Under the pieces are notes generated by a model. The model was not told where the DNA came from and made no database searches. It was given only the letters and a program-made list of their open reading frames with translations. The translations under genes were made by a program, and so were the position numbers. 64,000 nucleotides of DNA from Candidatus Saccharimonadota bacterium (lineage in GTDB: Bacteria; Patescibacteriota; Saccharimonadia; Saccharimonadales; Saccharimonadaceae), in assembly GCA_030445245.1 (NCBI GenBank), contig JAUCSD010000001.1, positions 500,671 to 564,670 of the forward strand, written 5' to 3'. Below are positions 9,637-19,163 of the stretch, piece by piece; positions within the stretch are counted from its first letter, which is position 1; each line of letters begins with the position of its first letter.

Positions 9637-9866
9637 GATGACTCCAGGAAAGTCTGGCGCAATGGCTCGGGGGTTAAACCAAGCGATCACTTCTGGGATT
9701 CAAGCCCAGCACTCCACCTCATAATGAGATAGATAAGATAATAACATCCTATTGCAAATAAGTCAATGTTTGATCAGACCTCCAGCGAAGAGATTTCACT
9801 CATGGCGCTCTGCCATATCCTCATGCGTATAGAAATTAAACTTAGTTTTCTGATATAGTCAGACTT

Positions 9867-10550
9867 ATGGTTAAGGCAGTTATATTCGACATGGATGGCG
9901 TCCTGATTGATTCCGTTGAACTGGGTCATATCAGGCGTAAAAAAATCTTAGCACAATATAACGTTGATCTTGATGCTGTCCCCGATCCACAAGGAGAAGC
10001 TCATCGCGCCGCATCTCTTAAGTCGCTCCTCTCGAGCGTTGAAAATCATTACGGTATCCGCATTGATTATGATGAATTTGCAAGAATATCAAGAGAGCAT
10101 ATGCATGAGGACTTCCAAACATACGAGATATCGAGTGACCCAGGACTTGTCGCATTTTTAAAAGAGCTCAGACAGCACGATATCATCTGTGCCATTGTTT
10201 CGTCTGGCTTACGCGAGGGAGTTGATATCAAATTAGAGGTTCTTGGCATCAAACAGTATTTTTCAACTATCATAACCGGCACTGATGTTAAAGAGCACAA
10301 GCCCCACCCCGAGCCATATCTTCATGCCCTGAAAAAATTAGACCTAGCTCCCAGCGATTGTGTTATTTTTGAGGACAGCGTAACGGGTGTCAAAGCAGGC
10401 CAAGCAGCTGGATGTAGAGTCATCGGATTTACCCAGTATAATCCGTCTAAGGAACCGTTACCTGGAGTGGTGGCGACGATAAAAAATTGGAGCGAGATTA
10501 ACTATAATACGCTCGAACGTCTGTTGTCTGATACAAGTAAGACAGAGTAG
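9867..10550 (+). CDS. HAD-superfamily hydrolase (beta-phosphoglucomutase-like subfamily IA)
   Basis: Motif I VIFDMDGVLIDS, a cap-domain region, K...HKPHPEPY and motif IV FEDSVTGVKAG. Confidence 0.8.
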   Translation: MVKAVIFDMDGVLIDSVELGHIRRKKILAQYNVDLDAVPDPQGEAHRAASLKSLLSSVENHYGIRIDYDEFARISREHMHEDFQTYEISSDPGLVAFLKELRQHDIICAIVSSGLREGVDIKLEVLGIKQYFSTIITGTDVKEHKPHPEPYLHALKKLDLAPSDCVIFEDSVTGVKAGQAAGCRVIGFTQYNPSKEPLPGVVATIKNWSEINYNTLERLLSDTSKTE

Positions 10551-10698
10551 GGTTCGGCCTAGAACTGCCGCTATAATCACCTTTTTGTTAATCGACTAAT
10601 ACCTTAGAATCTGAAGCATCAATGACTCGTCTGTACTGGCATATTGCGAATCATACTCTTTCTAAAGTACAATACAGGTAAACGTAAGGGGAAATAAA

Positions 10699-11694
10699 AT
10701 GCAGCCAAATCCTAATAGACCAGCGCCGGATAATACATTTCCCACCCCAGACCCAGTTCCACAACAGACGGTAACCTCAGCTCAGCGCATCATCCAACCT
10801 CTATCCTCAGAAGCAGAAATCCGTGCAAGTGTCGTCGCACCCCCACACCAGGCAGTTCCACCTGATGGATCTCATTCCGATATTCCTACTGGCATAGTCC
10901 AACAACCTGATGAAATCGCTGCAGAATCAGAGTCATACTATAACGGCTCGACGCTTATTACCGAACCACTCAACCACTCTCATCTTCAATCGAATCCCTA
11001 CCAAGCTCATTCAACACTTCAATCAGTGCTTATCCCGACACCAAGAAAGAAACGAAGGATTATTTTACCGGTATCACTGCTAGTCGTAATCATAGGAATA
11101 GCAGGCGCAGCCTTTTTATTCCAAGAGTTAGGCCACGTGACCGTAGGTAATCTCGTTGAAGAAAAAGTACAAAATACTACCTACCTTCGTCCAAAACAGT
11201 GGCAAGTACTGACCCTTTCAACCAGTAGCTACGGTGATAAGCTAGGAAGCGGAAACAAATCGTCAGCACTTGTTGCACTCAACGTTAGTCAAACACAGAG
11301 TCCTACTCTAGCAACAGCCTCCGAATTCACGCTTGAACTACTTCGCGCAGAAGTACTTCATAAGCTGTCTGATGAGTCAATTGAATCCGCCTTCCAAAGC
11401 GGGCCAGGAGCCTGCGCTTCAAAGATCGCACTTCAAAAAGAAACTGACACATCGTCAACCTCTACGTCCGTTGGACTCTATAAGTTAACTGCAACGTGCG
11501 ATCGTAACGTCAACGGAGATAAGTACATTATGAAAATGCGCGGTATAGCTGGCCACGATGGGCACCTGCGCACAATTGCCCTTATGGCCGTACAATCAAG
11601 CTGGGATAAAAACCATGAGGCGTACGATAAGATCGTCGAAAGTCTCAATCAGACACCTTCTATCGTCTATAACTCACCACAAAAGACACTTTAA
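10699..11694 (+). CDS. membrane-anchored protein with Pro-rich N-terminal tail, unknown function
   Basis: 331-aa ORF with GGGGA RBS (AAGGGGAAATAAAATG) and a central TM (ILPVSLLVVIIGIAGAAFLF). Confidence 0.5.
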   Translation: MQPNPNRPAPDNTFPTPDPVPQQTVTSAQRIIQPLSSEAEIRASVVAPPHQAVPPDGSHSDIPTGIVQQPDEIAAESESYYNGSTLITEPLNHSHLQSNPYQAHSTLQSVLIPTPRKKRRIILPVSLLVVIIGIAGAAFLFQELGHVTVGNLVEEKVQNTTYLRPKQWQVLTLSTSSYGDKLGSGNKSSALVALNVSQTQSPTLATASEFTLELLRAEVLHKLSDESIESAFQSGPGACASKIALQKETDTSSTSTSVGLYKLTATCDRNVNGDKYIMKMRGIAGHDGHLRTIALMAVQSSWDKNHEAYDKIVESLNQTPSIVYNSPQKTL

Positions 11695-11770
11695 AAACTG
11701 CAGGTACTCCGGATAGCGTACATGCAGTTTCTCTATACGTCACGAGAGAGATGTCATAGCTGCAATATAT

Positions 11771-11797
11771 AAAACACCGCTTAAAGAGCGGTGTTTT
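11771..11797. terminator. bidirectional rho-independent terminator
   Basis: AAAACACCGC-TTAAAGA-GCGGTGTTTT, a 10-bp stem between convergent genes. Confidence 0.7.
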
Positions 11798-11813
11798 ATA
11801 TATTTTGTCTGTC

Positions 11814-12011
11814 TTATAGTTTGATAGCAAACTTAAAGACAGCAAAGGCGACGGCGAGTAGGACAACGAAGAGTCCTAACCCTACTGGTGAGCCCCAACT
11901 AAACCAAGAACCCCAGGCGCGCCAATGGCCCCAGTGCTCTTTTGATAGTTCACGCCAGGCTTTGTACTGCTCGATGTTCTGTCCGACGAGCTTTTCTTCA
12001 CGATCAGCCAT
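11814..12011 (-). CDS. small Trp-rich membrane protein
   Basis: Start set at ATG 12011 (MADREEKLVGQN...) behind an AAGGGAGA RBS. C-terminal TM GLGLFVVLLAVAFAVF. Confidence 0.5.
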   Translation of the reverse strand: MADREEKLVGQNIEQYKAWRELSKEHWGHWRAWGSWFSWGSPVGLGLFVVLLAVAFAVFKFAIKL

Positions 12012-12193
12012 GTTGATCTCCCTTATTTTTAATAATCGATCGGCCAAACTGGATGATACCGCAAGTCTGTGCATACTGTCGGCGAACAGTCAGACCGCTA
12101 GGCGGGTTTATTCAAAGTATATTATACATCTTTTTAAAGTGATCCATAGTTTACCCTAACGTAACAAGACACACCATTTGATATAATTCCTCT

Positions 12194-12679
12194 ATGCCTA
12201 CTAGTCCGAATCAATCCCGCCCTGAACATGAGCCCGATGTAGGATCTCACGAGAATGAGGAATCTGAATTTTCACATAAATTCCGGGAATTACTTCCTGG
12301 CGTGGCGTTTGAAGAATCCGCTGAAATGCGCGACGCGCGGACGGCCATCCTCGAAGCACTAAATGGCCCTAATCAGGACCCTGAATTTTTACGATCCGTC
12401 TGGATAGAATACGCTAAAGTGTGCGAGGAGGCTGTCGATCAGAAAACACCGACATTCGCCGAAGAAGCAGATTCCAAGATCCGTGCGTGGATCCGTATGC
12501 AGCTACAAATAGCCTCATTTGTACATAAAGCGCTCATTTTTCGTGAGGCTGGAAACCTACGACGCTACGGCCAAGAACTAACCATCGCCGAGGAGTACGC
12601 CCTTACAAAACATATCGATGAGGTAGCTATGGCCATCGGCACAGAACTAGATGAGCTTGCGAGAAGACTATCGCTCTAG
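12194..12679 (+). CDS. hypothetical acidic cytoplasmic protein
   Basis: 161-aa ORF. No motif recognised. Confidence 0.45.
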   Translation: MPTSPNQSRPEHEPDVGSHENEESEFSHKFRELLPGVAFEESAEMRDARTAILEALNGPNQDPEFLRSVWIEYAKVCEEAVDQKTPTFAEEADSKIRAWIRMQLQIASFVHKALIFREAGNLRRYGQELTIAEEYALTKHIDEVAMAIGTELDELARRLSL

Positions 12680-12874
12680 ACTCAATGAGACTGTCCTACA
12701 CTTACACTCAAGATCCTAGAGGTTTTAATATATAATCACTAAATGAGCTCGGACAACATATCGAACGGATTTGAATATAAAAATAAGGGTGACGAAACTC
12801 CTTTTGAAACATTTCTTCGATACACGGATGAAAAAGAGAAGTCGTCGACGTACGCGCGTTGTAATACCCCTTTG

Positions 12875-13465
12875 TTAATCCTTCGGCTCGTTACAGTACG
12901 AGGATGACCGCCGTACGAATAAGAATACTGCGAAGAACGCATTGACGATAAATAGTACCGTCGGATACACGGCAGTAGTGATGGTAAATGAGGACAGGGC
13001 AAACAAGGCAATCAGAAACTTAATGCTGTTGAGCCCAAATGTTGCAGCTGTCTCTTCCAACGGTTTGCGAAACGACTTATAGAGGGTCGGGCCAAATCCA
13101 ATGATAAATGTTGTACTCGCGAGAATCACGGATAGGTCAGAGCCCATATTGTATATCAATGAGGTAATACTGACTCCGGCCAGCACGAGACACGCCTGAT
13201 CAAAACGAGTCACTGTTCGTTCGCCATATTTAAATGAGAACAGGAATACGCAGAAGTTCGCTACGGCAGCCGCACCAGTCACCCATGCTCCTGGACCCGC
13301 ATCGTGAGTGAGTTGCTGATAAAAAACAAGGGCATTAAGAGCGGACCATATAAACCAAGTCACTCCGTGAGGCCTTGTGTTGCCTTTGAAAATGCCTCGA
13401 AAATAGAGGCTATAACTAACGATGGCTAAAAAGAGCGTCAGAAACCCAAGAATGGTATGTATCAT
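12875..13465 (-). CDS. multi-TM membrane protein (PQ-loop-like), paralog of 21190..21795
   Basis: 196-aa ORF. Its N-terminal block Y..YFRGIFKGNTRPHGVTWFIW resembles YIPYIRDILKGSTRPDRASWLIW of 21190..21795. Confidence 0.5.
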   Translation of the reverse strand: MIHTILGFLTLFLAIVSYSLYFRGIFKGNTRPHGVTWFIWSALNALVFYQQLTHDAGPGAWVTGAAAVANFCVFLFSFKYGERTVTRFDQACLVLAGVSITSLIYNMGSDLSVILASTTFIIGFGPTLYKSFRKPLEETAATFGLNSIKFLIALFALSSFTITTAVYPTVLFIVNAFFAVFLFVRRSSSYCNEPKD

Positions 13466-13799
13466 CGTGTAATCTCCCTAAAAAGTATCGTAATGTTTGG
13501 GCTGAATATGCCCAGTAGGTAGGGAGTTAAGTAAAAGCAACCTGTCTCGTCTATAGTATCCTAGAATCGGTCAATAAAAAATAGTAGACGTATTTGTCCT
13601 GACATTTTTTCATTTGAACATGTCAAAGTGTCAGATGAAATCACACAATTTTGGGTCAAATTTCCTATGTGGTGTTGGGCATAGAATGGGTAGACACTAG
13701 GCTGTGTAAAACCTTATTTTTCACTAAATATAATCATATTGACCTTGAATAAGGCTTAAGGCATTATGAAATTACAACAACATTTTAGGGAGGGCTTGA

Positions 13800-15623
13800 A
13801 TGAAAGCATTTACTTATATAAAACATAAGGCTGGTATAGCTGTGCTCGCATTTGCGTTTGCAATCGTATCAACTTTATCACCATGGCTCGGCATGGCTGG
13901 TACTGCGTTTGCAGCGGCACCGACAATGCCGGTAAACCTACGTCTGCTTACCGGTGGTAACAGTGTCGCCGTACTATGGGAACCAGCAGCCGGTGGCGAC
14001 CCGGCAACCAGCTATAAGATATATCGCGGCGGCGTTCTTAAAGCCACAGTCAGTCCTGTGACTAATAACGAGACGGCTGGTAACACGCAGCGATGGCTCG
14101 ACACGACTGTCGTAAACGGGACTGCATATAGCTACGCCGTATCTGCAGTGAACGTAGACGGAGAATCCGCACAAACAGCATCAAAGAGTATTACGCACTC
14201 ATCAACACCTGCTGTTCCGACAATCACTATCGATCCATCGACACCAGCATCACTTACCACGTTTGCTAACAGTGTAAAGACACTGCTCCAGGCCTGGTAT
14301 CCAAAGATCGTCTGGTATCTTGGTAATCCGACAGGCACCAGTACTTCAATAACATTGACCCCTATTTCTGGCCTCGGAAATACAGCACAGCAGGTCGGTA
14401 ATACGATCCAGTATAACCAAGAATGGGCAGTCGCTAACGCGAGCTCGCTAACCGCACCTAACCTTTTTCTCCATGAAGCAACTCACGTTGCGCAACTAAG
14501 CGGTATGAGCTCAGTATATCTACCGTGGGCACATGAGGGTATGGCTGATTACATGAAGAAATATCTGTTTGGTGATAGTAATCTCCAAACGATCAGCATG
14601 AGTAGTACAGACGAGACATGGATGCGTGGCTATGAATATTCCGCATACTTGTTTAACTACATCACAAAAAACTATAATAAACCAAATTTCGTTAAAGACC
14701 TCGATGCAACATTTGCACCTACCTACGATGCGGCTTTCTTTAAGAACCAGACTGGTCTCATTGTTGGTGAGCTCTGGCAAAAGTTAGGTGGTCGTAAAGT
14801 ATCAAGTCCTACCTACTTTAGAAATGTGACTGCAGGCTTTAAGTGTATGGCGGCCGACGGTCCCGTATACGGAGCACCTGACGGTACAAACGTTATTCTT
14901 AACAACTGTGACTTCCAGGCTCAGCAACAATGGGAATGGATTCCTGACAGTCCAACAAGCAACCAAGGAGAGCTTCGCCTCTTAACACTACCTGTTACCG
15001 GTAAATGTGCGGACGTTTACGGATCTGGCACAACTGACGGAACTCGCGTTTACATCTGGGGCTGTAATACTACTGCAGCACAGAAGTGGATCCTCCAATC
15101 CAACGGCGCCCTGAAGAACCCAAACTCAGGTAAATGTCTCCAGCCAGTTGCTGGTGGTACAACTGTTGGCACGGGTATGGAAATCTCTACCTGTACCTCC
15201 ACCGATATTCAAAACTGGTTCCAGCGACCTATCGGTATGTTTAAAATACAAGCTGGCGCAGGCTGTATCAGCTCAAGTGTTGCACCGACTCAAATCTTTG
15301 GTTGTAGCGACGGCACAGCTAGCCAACAATGGTCGTACAACCAGACCACACCTGGCGCAACATCCGGTACAATCAAGACTTCGGCCGGCAACTGTCTCCA
15401 GCCGCTTAGTGGTTCACTGGCCGCTAACGCCACAATGGAAACGGTCGCGTGTACTGGCGCCACTACCCAAAACTGGCAGTGGCAGACTGACAGCACAGTC
15501 AAGAATATTGGCTCCGGGCTCTGTCTGACGCTTCCGGCATGGGCGTCTCCATGGCAAATGACACAAACAACCTGTACATCTCCAACAAGTCTCAAGAAAT
15601 TCGATGTTCTCTATCAGTACTAG
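13800..15623 (+). CDS. secreted multidomain protein: FN3 + HExxH peptidase-like (basic secretory protein-like) + two ricin-type beta-trefoil lectin domains
   Basis: Signal peptide. FN3-like region (PVNLRLL...YKIYRGG...TAYSYAVSAVN). LHEATHVAQ zinc-binding motif. Repeated QxW triplets (QQQWEW, AQKWIL, IQNWFQ, SQQWSY, TQNWQW) with paired Cys. Confidence 0.7.
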   Translation: MKAFTYIKHKAGIAVLAFAFAIVSTLSPWLGMAGTAFAAAPTMPVNLRLLTGGNSVAVLWEPAAGGDPATSYKIYRGGVLKATVSPVTNNETAGNTQRWLDTTVVNGTAYSYAVSAVNVDGESAQTASKSITHSSTPAVPTITIDPSTPASLTTFANSVKTLLQAWYPKIVWYLGNPTGTSTSITLTPISGLGNTAQQVGNTIQYNQEWAVANASSLTAPNLFLHEATHVAQLSGMSSVYLPWAHEGMADYMKKYLFGDSNLQTISMSSTDETWMRGYEYSAYLFNYITKNYNKPNFVKDLDATFAPTYDAAFFKNQTGLIVGELWQKLGGRKVSSPTYFRNVTAGFKCMAADGPVYGAPDGTNVILNNCDFQAQQQWEWIPDSPTSNQGELRLLTLPVTGKCADVYGSGTTDGTRVYIWGCNTTAAQKWILQSNGALKNPNSGKCLQPVAGGTTVGTGMEISTCTSTDIQNWFQRPIGMFKIQAGAGCISSSVAPTQIFGCSDGTASQQWSYNQTTPGATSGTIKTSAGNCLQPLSGSLAANATMETVACTGATTQNWQWQTDSTVKNIGSGLCLTLPAWASPWQMTQTTCTSPTSLKKFDVLYQY

Positions 15624-15640
15624 ATAGGTTCATTAAACAA

Positions 15641-15673
15641 CTAAACGTAGTCGGGTAAACCGGCTACGTTTAG
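15641..15673 (+). terminator. rho-independent terminator
   Basis: CTAAACGTAGTCGG-GTAAA-CCGGCTACGTTTAG stem-loop 18 nt after the stop. Confidence 0.6.
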
Positions 15674-15719
15674 TTTAGTGATATAATTTAAGCATCATCT
15701 AAGCGAATGGGAGTTCGGA

Positions 15720-16372
15720 ATGCAAGTTGTAAATATGATACTAGTTCTTATATTTTTATTCTTTCTCATTAGATACATCTCTGCCCTGCGAAATCCCCAT
15801 CAAAAATCTCTTGTAAAACCATTCGGCAAAAACCCCTCTCGTACATCAATAAGTAAAGGATTTCTGCCAGTTATTGGCGTTCTTTTCATCCTTATAAGTA
15901 TTACCATCCCACCTGCACCACCTTCAACGGAAGTAACTTCGCAGACCCTTACCAGCAGCGCGACGATGAAGCAAAGAAGCTACAAGAGACCGCACGTCTT
16001 CAGGCAATTGAAGACGCAAAACCAAAAACAAAAGAAGAGACGGTCAAGGTAGCGATTCCATTCACGACGGAAACAAACAATGATACGTCTCTTCCGCTCG
16101 GCCAGACCAAAACAACGCGCGAAGGCACAGATGGTGAAAAGTCACTTACCTATACCGTCACGTACGAAAGTGGCAAAGAGACCGCACGTGCGTTAAAAGA
16201 AGAGATTGTTACGACAGCTCCAATAACAAAAGTGATTGCTAATGGCACCTATGTTTATACACCACCGCCTTCAACAGGCGCAACCGCCCAATGCAAAGAT
16301 GGAACCTATAGCGACAGCCAGAGTCGAAGCGGAACGTGCTCACATCATGGCGGCGTAGCCTCATGGCTGTAA
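15720..16372 (+). pseudogene. G5-domain / DUF3761-like surface protein, reading frame split by a frameshift near 15950-15965
   Basis: Frame 1 (15720..) encodes TM helices and a linker. A second frame, open 15857..16372 with no in-frame ATG, encodes a G5-like segment (VKVAIPF..TTREGTDGEKSLTYTVTYESGKE) and the C-terminal CKDGTYSDSQSRSGTCSHHGGVASWL motif. Confidence 0.55.
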
Positions 16373-16379
16373 CGACTAA

Positions 16380-16694
16380 CTAGTTATACAGTGAGCTATC
16401 GGAGAGATTGGTATCGTTATAGTCACTGTTTTCGTTATTTTTAAGATCATCGTCAATCGATGAGGCGTCACCATTGAGCGTGTTCGAGAGATCACCGTTA
16501 TTAGTCGGCGTTTTAACGTCACTGCTTTTGACCGGCTGAGATGAATTATCCGCTTTAATGTTCGCCTGAGCCGTACTAGCTTCGCTAGCCTTATCTCGAG
16601 CGTTGTTTCCGTTGACCATGACGACGCCAACTACAACAAGGGCGATTACAATGAGTGCTCCACTGGCGAGATATAAGTACTTACGTGTATACAT
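16380..16694 (-). CDS. small membrane-anchored low-complexity (Asn/Asp/Ser-rich) protein
   Basis: 104-aa ORF with N-terminal TM LYLASGALIVIALVVVGVVMV. Confidence 0.45.
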   Translation of the reverse strand: MYTRKYLYLASGALIVIALVVVGVVMVNGNNARDKASEASTAQANIKADNSSQPVKSSDVKTPTNNGDLSNTLNGDASSIDDDLKNNENSDYNDTNLSDSSLYN

Positions 16695-16709
16695 AGCTTT
16701 TCCTTTACT

Positions 16710-17237
16710 CTAATTATTCTTAAGCCAAGTGGCGGCCGCTTTGATATCTGGTACGATCGTACTGCGAAATGTCTGGTGTACTGTCTGCGATGCCTCGCGA
16801 ACTGCTTTTAGTTCTGTCCGTGCACTCGCAAGAGCTCCGACAAAAGCACCGTCGCCATCACCGCAGGCAGTGTCTTGAGCGGTAGCCAGGTCACTATATA
16901 GCATGTTAGCCTTCGCATGGTAATCTTTGATTTGCACATCGATCGTTTGGAGGTCCGCAGTTAACTTGCTGGTATCGTAGCCTTTTTGCTTCAGTACAGC
17001 CACGCGTGCAACGGTTCGTTCACGAATATTCGTATACGTGGTTGTTCGTCGTTCGGAAACATTCTTCATAGTATCTGTCATGTTGGTGATGCGTCCCTTA
17101 GCGACGGTACAGCGGGCTGCCGTAACCCGTGGTTTTTCATTAGACGGTATGACCGTCGCCCCAGCCTGGTAAGGCGTCGATACTAAAGCGGCGACGGAGA
17201 CAACCGTAGCGAGCGGGATTAAAAGCAGACGTTTCAT
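16710..17237 (-). CDS. secreted helical protein, unknown function
   Basis: 175-aa ORF with a signal peptide (MKRLLLIPLATVVSVAALVSTPYQAGA). Confidence 0.5.
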   Translation of the reverse strand: MKRLLLIPLATVVSVAALVSTPYQAGATVIPSNEKPRVTAARCTVAKGRITNMTDTMKNVSERRTTTYTNIRERTVARVAVLKQKGYDTSKLTADLQTIDVQIKDYHAKANMLYSDLATAQDTACGDGDGAFVGALASARTELKAVREASQTVHQTFRSTIVPDIKAAATWLKNN

Positions 17238-17317
17238 GCGTTCTCCTAGGTTATGTTTGGCTATTATTATAAAGTGCCTATGCTTAAAAGTACATATAGG
17301 CCCGGCGACGAGCTGAG

Positions 17318-17812
17318 CTATCGTTTTATGAAATGGATTGTACCGATGACTCGGCGTCGATACGGATTCTCATCAGGATACATATCGATGAGCGTGATGG
17401 AACCGAAGGTAACGACATCCTTAAGTGCCAACTGTTCTTTTAGCTGAACTGTAGCATGAGGCCTGAAGCCTGATCCGTTATACTCAGGATGATTGAATAC
17501 GACATAATACCCATCTAAGACCCTAAGTATTGTTTCGTGTAGTTCTTGTAGTTCAGGGGTTTTATTGAGCAGTCGTACATGTACACTTTTATCCTCGCCA
17601 AACCATTCATCGTCGACCACTTCGGCACGTACCGGTATATATGTTCTCAGGCGAGTAGCTATATCTTTAAGGAGCGAGCCTGGATCACCATCAATTGCAA
17701 ATACGTCAGCAAGCGTGATATGAAGTGGCCAGTCTTTCATCGAATACTCATATCCATCAGGAAGATCACTGATCGTATGAGCGAGTGTGTATTTTTGACT
17801 AAATGAATGCAT
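17318..17812 (-). CDS. 2H phosphoesterase superfamily protein (LigT-like)
   Basis: Two H-x-T/S motifs (PLHITL and RPHATV) at the spacing expected for the 2H fold. Confidence 0.6.
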   Translation of the reverse strand: MHSFSQKYTLAHTISDLPDGYEYSMKDWPLHITLADVFAIDGDPGSLLKDIATRLRTYIPVRAEVVDDEWFGEDKSVHVRLLNKTPELQELHETILRVLDGYYVVFNHPEYNGSGFRPHATVQLKEQLALKDVVTFGSITLIDMYPDENPYRRRVIGTIHFIKR

Positions 17813-17963
17813 TATCTCGTATTATCTCAGGTTACGTACAAAAGATAAATGATATCGAGATTGATGATATCCAATAGAAAACGGGAAGCCTTGCGGCCGA
17901 GTCTCAGTAATCAATACTACACCCGGCCGCTGCCCAATTCGTAATAGGCGAGCATGGAAGCCT

Positions 17964-18251
17964 CTAGCGAGCTCGTCCGATTGCCCGCGTAAGATGCTCG
18001 ACAAGTTCAGGATCAACAATCGGTCCAATCTCGGTGTCTCCGGTGCGGAAGGTATACAACCAAGCGCACATCAGAAGAGCGTCCTGCGAGTTGGAGTTTA
18101 CGAACACCTTTACGCCGTTGTGATCGAACCATAGAGTCCTGCGCCACCGAGCAGCCCGCTTACGCGTGGTCCCGACCTTGTCAAAAATCGTTCGACGACC
18201 GCGAAAGTGAACTTGACCATCCGAATCAACTGACTGAATGGGGTCACTCAT
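17964..18251 (-). CDS. hypothetical protein in a G+C-enriched patch
   Basis: 95-aa ORF with an AAGAGAGG RBS 6-7 nt upstream. No family recognised. Confidence 0.45.
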   Translation of the reverse strand: MSDPIQSVDSDGQVHFRGRRTIFDKVGTTRKRAARWRRTLWFDHNGVKVFVNSNSQDALLMCAWLYTFRTGDTEIGPIVDPELVEHLTRAIGRAR

Positions 18252-18320
18252 GCCTAGCCTCTCTTACTTTCGTAATCTACGTATAGGACTGGGATATTGT
18301 AATATTATTTTCGTATTGTA

Positions 18321-18749
18321 TCAATCGAGATGAGCTTCAGTGTGTTGTTTGAAGTTATCCAAAATCGTCTGCCAACCAGTGCGTTGCATATCAATAGAAT
18401 TTTCATTCTCCGGATCAAAAGTCTGGGTAATGCGTACACCATCGGGCATTTCCTTAAATATAGTCCTGACCTGTCGTCCATCGTCGAGTTCATATTCAAT
18501 AGCCTTCTGATCGATCACGAGTGTATACGTACCGGTAAAGTCGAAGCTTGCACTCCCATCCTTTGCCGCCATGACCGTCTTAAATGTACCGCCCTCACGA
18601 AGATCATTCTCCGCCTCTGGCGCTTCCCAATCATCTGAGCCAAATGCCCATCGGGTAATATGCTTCGGGTGTATCCAACACTCCCACACTGTTTTTATTG
18701 GGGCATCGACAGTCGTCTTTACGGTAATTGTATCTTCATTCATAGTCAT
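18321..18749 (-). CDS. SRPBCC-superfamily protein (AHSA1/Aha1-like domain)
   Basis: 142-aa ORF. Blocks ITVKTTVDAPIKTVWECW, FKTVMAAKDGSASFDFTGTY and MQRTGWQTILDNFK are typical of the family. Confidence 0.7.
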   Translation of the reverse strand: MTMNEDTITVKTTVDAPIKTVWECWIHPKHITRWAFGSDDWEAPEAENDLREGGTFKTVMAAKDGSASFDFTGTYTLVIDQKAIEYELDDGRQVRTIFKEMPDGVRITQTFDPENENSIDMQRTGWQTILDNFKQHTEAHLD

Positions 18750-18842
18750 ATATTAACACTCAACATACATAGCTGCACGGATTGACAAGATATCTATAAT
18801 AGAATACTGTATATCTTAATCCGAATTGACCAGGAGGAAGTT

Positions 18843-19064
18843 GTGGACGCTACTACTTCAGGAAAAGATGCGCCTGATGATCCATTTGCTCAGAGGAAAC
18901 GAGAGCTCCTGGATCGTGCGCTCAAAGGTAAGATCATCACTAAGGACGAAGCAACTCGATTGAGCGTGTTCAACCTCGAGCAAGTGATGGAATTACTCTC
19001 GCAAGCGGCTATCGATGCCGGTCTCGGGGCAGTAGAAACGAACGACCTCTTATTCAGTACGTGA
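18843..19064 (+). CDS. small hypothetical protein (GTG start)
   Basis: 73-aa ORF with an AGGAGG RBS 5 nt upstream of GTG 18843. Confidence 0.45.
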   Translation: MDATTSGKDAPDDPFAQRKRELLDRALKGKIITKDEATRLSVFNLEQVMELLSQAAIDAGLGAVETNDLLFST

Positions 19065-19163
19065 CATACACGGAAACAACGGTCCCGATTGGGGATGCAT
19101 TGAGCGGATAGCTCTGCGTCAACAGCGCGGGGCTATTTGCCTATATCAGGATCCACGAAGCTT

